The notes beneath the pieces were generated by a model. That model saw nothing but the letters and a program-made list of their open reading frames with translations, had not been told where the DNA came from and made no database searches. From the NCBI GenBank assembly GCA_963717145.1, contig OY970325.1:3424001-3488000 (forward strand): a stretch of 64,000 nucleotides of DNA, given 5' to 3'. Below are positions 56,727-64,000 of this stretch, piece after piece. Each line of letters opens with the position of its first letter. Position 1 is the first letter of the stretch. The position numbers and the translations under genes were made by a program. This stretch comes from an uncultured Armatimonadetes bacterium (GTDB lineage: Bacteria > Armatimonadota > UBA5829 > DTJY01).

Positions 56727-58209
56727 CTAATCCAATCCCTGCTGGGCAAGCTCGATGGCCTTCAGCATCGCTCCGGCCTTGTTCATGCGTCTCCTGGTAC
56801 TCGTTCTCGGGCACGGAGTCGGCGACGACTCCGCCGCCCGCCTGCATGTATGCCATGCCGTCCTTCACCAGGATCGTGCGGATGGTGATGCACGTGTCCA
56901 TGTTGCCCGAGAAGCTGAAGTAGCCGATCGCGCCGGCATACGTCCCGCGCCTCGTCGGCTCAAGCTCGTCGATGATCTCCATCGCCCGGATCTTCGGCGC
57001 TCCGGAGACTGTTCCCGCCGGGAAGGTCGCCCGCAGCACGTCGAACTGGTCCTTCCGTCGGCGAGTTCGCCTCGGACGTTCGAGACGATGTGCATCACGT
57101 GCGAATAGCGCTCGATCGCCATCAGTTGATCGACCTCGACGGTGCCGAACTTGCAGACACGGCCGATGTCGTTCCGGCCGAGGTCGACGAGCATGATGTG
57201 CTCGGCGCGCTCCTTCTCGTCCGCCAGCAGTTCCTTCTCGAGCGCCTGATCCTCTTCCTCGGTCTTCCCGCGTCGCCGCGTGCCCGGCGATCGGCCGCGT
57301 GGTGACCTCGCCTCGCTCCTCTGTGACCAGGATCTCGGGCGACGAGCCGATCAGCTTCAGGTCGTCGTAGTTCAGATAGTACATGTACGGCGACGGGTTG
57401 ACCGATCGCAGCGCCCGGTAGACGTCGAACGGATCCGCCTGGAGCGGGACCGAGAGCCTCTGCGACGGCACGATCTGGATGATGTCGCCGGCCTTGATGT
57501 ATTCCTTGGCGGCCTCGACCATCTTCTCGTACTGCCCCTTGGTCATGTTCGAGACCGGCTTGAGCGCCTTGCCCTTGCTCTCTTTCGGCGTGACGGCGGG
57601 CAGAGGCTGATGGAGTCGGCCGACCACCTCATCGATCTTCTCGCAGGCGAGCGCATAAGTCGTCGCGGGATCCGAGCCGACCTCCGGCGTGCAGACGACT
57701 TTGATGCGGTGCTTGACGTGATCGAAGACGAGCAGAATATCGGTGAGCAGGAAGAGCGCGTCCGGGACTTCGAGGTCGTCAACCGTCGTGTCCGGAAGGT
57801 TCTCGAAGAATCGGACGGTGTCGTAGCCGATATATCCAACCGCGCCGCCACAGAACCGAGGCAGTTCCGGGTCATCGACGTAATTGTACCGGGCGAGCAG
57901 TTTCTCCAGAACGTGCAGCGGGTCCTCGCCGTCTTTGAGCTGCACCTTGTCCGCGCGCCACCGCTCGACGGTCTGCACCTCGCGTCCCTTGCTCTTCATG
58001 ACGAGGAACGGATCGGTGCCGAGGAATGAGTAGCGGGCCATACGCTCGCCGCCCTCGACGCTCTCGAGCAGGAAGGAGTACTTCCCCCGCGCGATCTTCC
58101 TGTAGGCCGAGACCGGCGTCTCCATGTCGGCAAGGACCTCGCGATAGACGGGAATGAGGTTGCCCTGCGCCGAGCGTCGGATGAACTCTTCTTTGGTGGG
58201 ATGGTACAT
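56727..58209 (-). CDS. trpE: Anthranilate synthase component I (frameshifted)
   Basis: [47 protein letters not shown]. Confidence 0.92.
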
Positions 58210-58244
58210 TGTCGCCTGCCCCCGGACGATTGGAATGTGAACGT

Positions 58245-58318
58245 ATTTTAACAGAACTCATCCGTTCTGGTCAATGCCTCACAAACTGGTTGACGTCTCG
58301 TCGATTCACTGCTACAAT
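58245..58318. promoter_or_regulatory. Divergent promoters for trpE and the amidase gene
   Basis: Minus strand TTGACC-18 nt-TAAAAT (58274-58245). Plus strand TTGACG-17 nt-TACAAT (58290-58318). Confidence 0.6.
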
Positions 58319-58447
58319 CGGGGCGTATCACTCGGCTACTCCACGTGTGATCGTTTCCCACCAAGACACGTAACTCAAGAACTACTCTCCCAAGGCCACC
58401 GGCGATCAGGTGGAACCGAGTGAAAATATCTCATGGGAGGGATGTGC

Positions 58448-60604
58448 ATGAAAGACCATAGTCTTTCGACCAGGTTCGCTCTGCCCCTTATCGTCCTGCT
58501 GTGCCTGCTACTGAGCGGCATAGCTCATGCCGGGGCAGTCGTGTTCTTCAGCCAGGACGGTAGATTGACCGCCGTAGATGACCCCAGCGTCATGGACCCC
58601 GTGTCCGCACTCAACGCACTTGTCGCCGGCCCGTCGGCATGGGGGCTCGTCTCCTCGATTCCCGCCGGTACTAAGCTGAGGAACATCGACATTACCGCGG
58701 ATGGTGTGACTGTCGACTTCTCCTCGGCGATACTCGCCGGACTCGACGAGGTTGCGGTCGAGTCGATCTTCAAGCAGGTCAACTGGACGATGCGCCAGTT
58801 CCGGCTGGACAAGTCGGTCAAGCTTACGGTGAACGGCAAGCTGCTCTCCGACTACCTTCCGCCAACTCCGCAGATCGAGCCCGCCGCCGCAACGATGATG
58901 GCGGTCGAGGCGACGACCTTGACCGGAAGCCTCTCCGACAGGAGCATCACGCTTTCCCCGGGGCACGGCCTGTTCTGGAATGGCAGCGGCTGGTATACTC
59001 AGCGGCCGGCCTACTGTGCGCCGTTGAACCAGGAGGACTACCACAACCTGGAGATGTGCCAGTACCTGAGGGTCTTCCTCGAGAATGACGGGATGCTCGT
59101 CAAGGTACCCCGCGAGACCGACAAGAATGCTCCGGGCAACTACAATGGGTTCCCCTGGTGGCAGATGGCCTCGCCGTACTACCTTCAGGCGCAGGGCTAC
59201 CCCTGCTCGGTCTACGGCAGCTACAGCGGCTGCTCCCTGGGCGACGGCGCAACCGAAGTGAACGACGACATCCGCGCCAGGCCGCTCGCATCGGACCTGG
59301 ACAACACTGACATCTACATCTCGGTCCACACCAACGGCCTGGCCGGCAACTGCTATGGTGGCTCGTGCCCGACCGGTACGGAGACCTATTACGATCTTAC
59401 CAGCAAAGAGCACAAGAACTACGGCGTGGTCAGCCAGACCCTTGCCAATGCGGTGAACCCCGCGATCATGAGCGCCATCGTGGCGAATGTCGACGGGACC
59501 TGGACTTGCCATGGAGCATGCACGAAGGACTCCGCCGGCAACTATGGCGAGATCCGCATCCCGGACAGAGCAGCGGTCCTGGTCGAGTTGGCATTCCACG
59601 ACAGTTGCGACAGGGATGCCGACATCAACCACCTCCGCGACAACTTCTTCCGCTCGGCGGCGATGTGGGGCATCTACAAGGGCGTCTGCGACTACTACGG
59701 CGTCGCTCCGACATGGGGTTTCTACTCGTCCGAGTACGTCAGCGATGACATCCCGGCCACAATGGCTCCCGGTGAGGTCCGCCAGGTACACATCACGATG
59801 CGCAACAAGGGCGGCGTCTGGAGTGAGGCCCGAGCGTTCAGGCTCGGCGCGGTCGGCGATACCGATCCCTTCAGCACGGCCACGAGATACACCATCGCCG
59901 GCGAAGTGGGACCCAGCGGCGAGTACACCTTCGCCCTGAACTTCACGGCTCCCACGACCGAAGGCGACTACCTGACCGACTGGCAGATGGTTCGCGACGG
60001 GGTGACCTGGTTCGGCGCGACTCTGAGCCACCCGGTCCACGTCGGAGCCCCGGACACCGAGCCGCCGACCGTTCCGACGAATCTCGCGGCCAATGCCGTG
60101 TCCGGTACTCAGGTCGATCTGACCTGGACGGCCTCCACCGACAACATCGGTGTCACCGGCTACAATGTCTACCGAGACTCGGTGAATATCGGTTCGAGCG
60201 CGACTACATCCTACTCAGACACGACCTGTTCGCCGAACACGACCTACACCTACGAGGTGACGGCATACGATGCGGCGGAGAACGAGTCCGGGATGAGCAC
60301 TCCGGCAGTCGTGACGACCCCTGGTGACACGACTCCGCCTGTGATCTCGAACGTGGCGGCGGTCGGGAGCAGGACGACCGCCACGGTCACCTGGAATACC
60401 GACGAGCCGGCCACCAGCCAGGTGGAGTACGGCCTGACAACCGCCTATGGGAGTCTGACGACAATCGACACCAACCTGGTGACCGGGCATTCCGTCGGAC
60501 TGAGCGGTCTGACTCGGCGGACAACGTATCACTACAGGGTAAGGTCGAAGGATGCGGCGCAGAATGAGGCCGTCTCCGGGGACTACACCTTCGCGACGAA
60601 CTGA
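58448..60604 (+). CDS. Secreted GerMN + N-acetylmuramoyl-L-alanine amidase (Amidase_3) + Ig-like + two FN3 domains
   Basis: AL.AL..GP..S.IP.GT GerMN. LSPGHG, QE, SVHTN, LVELAFHD. DT.PP..P.NL FN3 repeats. Confidence 0.85.
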   Translation: MKDHSLSTRFALPLIVLLCLLLSGIAHAGAVVFFSQDGRLTAVDDPSVMDPVSALNALVAGPSAWGLVSSIPAGTKLRNIDITADGVTVDFSSAILAGLDEVAVESIFKQVNWTMRQFRLDKSVKLTVNGKLLSDYLPPTPQIEPAAATMMAVEATTLTGSLSDRSITLSPGHGLFWNGSGWYTQRPAYCAPLNQEDYHNLEMCQYLRVFLENDGMLVKVPRETDKNAPGNYNGFPWWQMASPYYLQAQGYPCSVYGSYSGCSLGDGATEVNDDIRARPLASDLDNTDIYISVHTNGLAGNCYGGSCPTGTETYYDLTSKEHKNYGVVSQTLANAVNPAIMSAIVANVDGTWTCHGACTKDSAGNYGEIRIPDRAAVLVELAFHDSCDRDADINHLRDNFFRSAAMWGIYKGVCDYYGVAPTWGFYSSEYVSDDIPATMAPGEVRQVHITMRNKGGVWSEARAFRLGAVGDTDPFSTATRYTIAGEVGPSGEYTFALNFTAPTTEGDYLTDWQMVRDGVTWFGATLSHPVHVGAPDTEPPTVPTNLAANAVSGTQVDLTWTASTDNIGVTGYNVYRDSVNIGSSATTSYSDTTCSPNTTYTYEVTAYDAAENESGMSTPAVVTTPGDTTPPVISNVAAVGSRTTATVTWNTDEPATSQVEYGLTTAYGSLTTIDTNLVTGHSVGLSGLTRRTTYHYRVRSKDAAQNEAVSGDYTFATN

Positions 60605-60616
60605 GGAAGGTGCTCC

Positions 60617-60759
60617 ATAGGGGAGGCCTTCAGCGGCCTCCCGGTTCGGAACGGGTTCCGTAGTGGAGGCCTTCAGCGGCCTCCCGGTTCGGAACGGGTT
60701 CCGTAGGGGAGGCCTTCAACGGCCTCCCGGTCCGGGCGGGCGTAGAAGCCCGCCCCTAC
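60617..60759. repeat. Tandem GTAG REP array with 43-bp period
   Basis: Units start at 60617, 60660 and 60703, closed by an inverted REP ending in CTAC. Confidence 0.92.
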
Positions 60760-60782
60760 GGTTCCACGGACCATGCAAGCAG

Positions 60783-60813
60783 AGAGCGGGCCCGCACGAT
60801 GCGGGCCCGCTCT
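60783..60813. terminator. Putative terminator hairpin between convergent genes
   Basis: AGAGCGGGCCCGCA-cga-TGCGGGCCCGCTCT with a short T tail. Confidence 0.6.
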
Positions 60814-60855
60814 TTCGAATTCATATCGCCTGAGTAATGGCCGAGGCGCGGCCTT

Positions 60856-62462
60856 TTACAGCTCCTGCAGCCCGGCGCCGAACTTCGCGTAGCCGGGGAT
60901 CGAGACCGGAAGCTTTCCGAGCGGGCTGATCTTCCCGAAGATCATGTCCGCGGCCGCCTGAACGGTTGCGTCGGGGTAGCCGTAGGTGGCCAAGCCCGCC
61001 TTTGCCTCCGGATAGTGCCTCAGGTCATAGGGCTCTCTCGCCGCGATGATCACGGCCGGCTTCCCATTCCCATTCCCGTTACCATTGCCACCTTTGCACT
61101 CAGGGTCTTCCTTGATCAAAGCGCGTGTCCACGGCTCTGACGGGCAGGTCGTCAGTATGACGATCTTCGACTGCTTCATCAGTTCCTTGACCTGCGCGAG
61201 TTCCTTCTCCGTCGGCTCATTACTGATGCGCGCCAGCCTGGTGTTGGGGTGATACTTCCTCATCGCGGTGGCGAACTGCTCGGTAGCCGGATGGAGGCCC
61301 GCCACGAGGATCTGATCGGTGTTGCCGAGCTTCAGCGGGAGGACGGCCCCTCGTTCCTCAGGACGGTGACCGACTTCTCAGCTATCTCGCGCTCCAAACC
61401 TCTGTTGATATCCGTGCCGACTGACTGCCTGATCGAGGTGAGATCGGTCTCGCGTCTCGCATCGAGCCCGAACTTCTCCTTGGCAGCTAGAATCCTGTTC
61501 ACGGACTCGTCGATCCGTTGCTCGGGGATCTCTCCCGACTCGACCGCCTTGACCAGCGCGGTGCGGATCTGTGCCTGGACCTCCAGCGTGTGGCATGCCA
61601 GCAGGATATCAGTTCCCGCCTTCACGGCCATGACCGCCGCCTCGACAGCGCCGAAGTTGTCCGCGATCGCCTTCATCTCCATGCAGTCGGTCACGATCAG
61701 GCCCTTGAACTTCATCTGCTGCCGCAGCAATTCGGTGATGACCGCGTAGGACAGTGTGGCGGGATACTGAGCGTCCAGCGCTGTGAAACAAATGTGTGAG
61801 GTCATCACCATCGCCACGCCGCGTCGAATGCACGCTTTGAACGGCTTCAGTTCGACGGCATCGAGCCGCTTGCGGTCGTATGGGATGCTCGGGAGCGACA
61901 TGTGGGTATCGGTCGAGGTATCGCCATGGCCCGGGAAATGCTTCACGCACGCCAGCACTCCGAGCGACTCAAAGCCCTCGATCGCAGCGACGCCGAGTTC
62001 CGCAACCAGTTTGGGCGACTCGCTGAACGACCTGATGCCGATGATCGGGTTCAGCGGATTGTTGTTGACGTCCACACACGGCGCGAAGTTCATGTTCACG
62101 CCGACGGCCATCAGCTCGCGGGCGATCGCCTTGGCGGAGTCGCGGGCGAAGTCGACCGAACGCGTCGCGCCGAGCGCCATGTTGCCCGGGAAGGTCGTGA
62201 AGGGGTGCTTCATCCGAGTGATGAGGCCGCCTTCCTGGTCCGCCGAGATGAACAGCGGCTTATCGGAGCGGGCCTGCAGTTCGTTCAGGGTAACGGCGAT
62301 CTGCTCCGGGTTCTGGACGTTACGCGTGAGAACGATGATCCCACCGACCTTGAAATCGTCGACCAGAATCTTGGCGTGCGTGCATACACTCAGGTTGTCA
62401 TGCTCAGCCTGACCCTGCCAACCGAACATCAGCATCTGGCCGATTTTTTCCTTGATATTCAA
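60856..62462 (-). CDS. nagZ: Beta-N-acetylhexosaminidase GH3 (one frameshift)
   Basis: DQEGG, KHFPGHGDT..DTH, VTDCMEM. One more base in C4 61347-61350 joins the C-terminal domain (GKLPV.IP). Confidence 0.9.
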
Positions 62463-62528
62463 TGTTTTGTATCTGTCCTTCCACTACTGGCCGGCACTGA
62501 GGCGCGGCCACCACGTTTGATCCGTGCC

Positions 62529-62654
62529 GTAGGGGAGGCCTTCAACGGCCTCCCGCTGGGCGGGCGCAGAAGCACCGCCCCCACGGGTGACGGGTGCCGT
62601 AGGGGAGGCCTTCAACGGCCTCCCGCCGGGCGGGCGTAGAAGCACCGCCCCTAC
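62529..62654. repeat. Two tandem GTAG REP doublets with 70-bp period
   Basis: gtaggggaggccttcaacggcctccc at 62529 and 62599, each followed by an inverted gggcgggcg..gccccYac unit. Confidence 0.92.
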
Positions 62655-63466
62655 CTCTCTGAATTCGCCAGCCTCGTCATCGTGAGAAACGCGCGGTACA
62701 CTTCCATGAAATCGTCGGAGGTGTACGTCACAGCGGTCGCGTCCGTTCTCTTGGCACCAGGCATCACGCCTGCCGCGTCTGCCAGGCCTGCATTGTTAAA
62801 TGTTAACTCTATCTCCACCGGCGGCTCGAGCGTGAACGGCTCGAACTCGGGAAGTCGCTCCAGCACTCCGGTCGCCGCTTCCTTGATCTTCTCCCGCGCG
62901 ACTGTCGGATGCAGGCAGCTCGCGGCGTATCGGGTGATCGGCTCCTTGACCGCGACCGTCTCGACCGTTCCGATATGCGCCAATGCCTCCCGACACACGA
63001 CGGAATCCCCAGTCACCATCACCACCGGGACGCCGAAGTATCCCGCGACGGCCGAGTTGATGCCGACCTCACCCACGATGCGCGAGTTAAGTTTCGCGGA
63101 CCACACCATGCCGTTGTAGGTGTGACTAAGGACGCCCGCGGATCCCGCGCCGGCATGGTAGCCGATCAGTATCGCGGCATCGAACGACTCGTCGATCCCC
63201 TGCATCATCGACAGCGGCTGGGAGTGGCCGGAGGTCAACCGCACGCGGGGATCCATATCCGCGATCTTGATGTTTCGCCCGCCGCCGTGCGAATCGTTCA
63301 CGAGCACCTCGGTCGCGCCGCCCTCGAAAAGTCCCTCGGCGGCGGCTCGGGCCTCCCCGGCCATCAAGGCGCGCGCGTCCTGATACTCAGGGTTGCCTGA
63401 TGAGGTCTGCTCCCAGTTTACGACGCCGCTTATGCCTTCCATGTCAACGGACACGAAAACTTTCAC
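62651..63466 (-). CDS. dppA: D-aminopeptidase (peptidase M55, DppA family)
   Basis: SVDMEGISG, VNDSH, GYHA, LSHT, GE. Confidence 0.93.
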   Translation of the reverse strand: MKVFVSVDMEGISGVVNWEQTSSGNPEYQDARALMAGEARAAAEGLFEGGATEVLVNDSHGGGRNIKIADMDPRVRLTSGHSQPLSMMQGIDESFDAAILIGYHAGAGSAGVLSHTYNGMVWSAKLNSRIVGEVGINSAVAGYFGVPVVMVTGDSVVCREALAHIGTVETVAVKEPITRYAASCLHPTVAREKIKEAATGVLERLPEFEPFTLEPPVEIELTFNNAGLADAAGVMPGAKRTDATAVTYTSDDFMEVYRAFLTMTRLANSER

Positions 63467-63507
63467 CGAACAGACCTCCGCGCGTCGAATGATTGACGGC
63501 TTCGCTA

Positions 63508-63557
63508 ATTATACCTGCGGTAGGTCGATTAGTCAAGACAAAATGTAAACGTTTACG
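63508..63557 (-). promoter_or_regulatory. dppA-nagZ promoter with LacI-like palindrome
   Basis: TTGACT-17 nt-TATAAT. GTAAACGTTTAC at 63545-63556. Confidence 0.7.
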
Positions 63558-63631
63558 GAAAACCTTTGCGGCGGTGCTCGGTGAGCAGTAAACAGTGAAC
63601 CGTGAACGGTCTGGCGGACCGCGAGCGCACG

Positions 63632-63681
63632 AAGATGTCCCCCTTGCGAAGGGGGACCGGCCTCCGGGCCGAGGGGGTCTG
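63632..63681. repeat. Second copy of the 12555-12604 repeat
   Basis: 49/50 nt identical. Confidence 0.9.
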
Positions 63682-63873
63682 CAGCCTAAGGTCTAAAGTC
63701 CAAAGTCTACAGAGGCTTGATCTCCGTCACCCGGATCGTCGGATGCAGGCCGAAGTTGTTCAAGCCGAAGTGGCCAAGGACTGAAGACGGGAGGACGCCA
63801 GGATCGTGGAGGAACAAAGCAGGAAGCCAACAGCCATTGACAGAACTACTCACATGAAAGGTGGTCGACTCAG

Positions 63874-64000
63874 TTGGGCAATGGCTATCGTCAAGAAGTC
63901 TTCAACGTCTTGCTTGCGCAGCTTCTTCAAGAGCGTGGCGCCATTTCCGCGCCGGAGAACGTCATCAAAGCGTCCGCGTCACGGGCACGCAGGATGCCTG
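63874..64000 (+). CDS. Start of a gene running off the window (possible restriction-modification enzyme N-terminus)
   Basis: AAGGTGG before TTG. MGNGYRQEVFNVLLAQLLQERGAISAPENVIK...RRMP, open to the edge. Confidence 0.35.
   Translation, partial: MGNGYRQEVFNVLLAQLLQERGAISAPENVIKASASRARRMP

Noticed and set aside
60617-60759. Possible mini-CRISPR with 43-bp period
   Set aside because: The intervening sequences are identical rather than unique spacers, so this is a REP tandem.
61060-61095. GNGNGNG repeat in the NagZ C-terminal domain
   Set aside because: Short degenerate linker, not clearly part of a repeat family.
1-64000. tRNA, rRNA, transposase, integrase or prophage genes
   Set aside because: None recognised in the sequence or the ORF track.

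Overview
GC-rich bacterial chromosomal window. Armatimonadota-like affinity is an inference from Tat-exported sulfatases, a PEP-CTERM-like tail and a GerMN-amidase. About ten genes are broken by single-base indels, most likely long-read assembly errors. Left half (1-34 kb): a glycan-degradation region with six Cys-type sulfatases (two tandem pairs), GH36-like, GH29, GH42 and unclassified hydrolases, a sialate O-acetylesterase, a polysaccharide deacetylase fusion and a small low-GC island. Right half: add, a divergent GHMP kinase, an XRE/ImmA pair, lexA-yprB, MarR-iscS, D-cysteine desulfhydrase, BlaI/M56, recO, deoC, a trpEG-X-DCFBA operon, an amidase, nagZ and dppA. The most striking non-gene signal is a dense set of at least seven distinct palindromic or short-tandem repeat families. 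They nest in each other, show compensatory stem changes, supply stop codons and sit in frame inside at least four proteins, including a 119-bp palindrome in the D-cysteine desulfhydrase gene. No rRNA, tRNA, CRISPR array or transposase was recognised.
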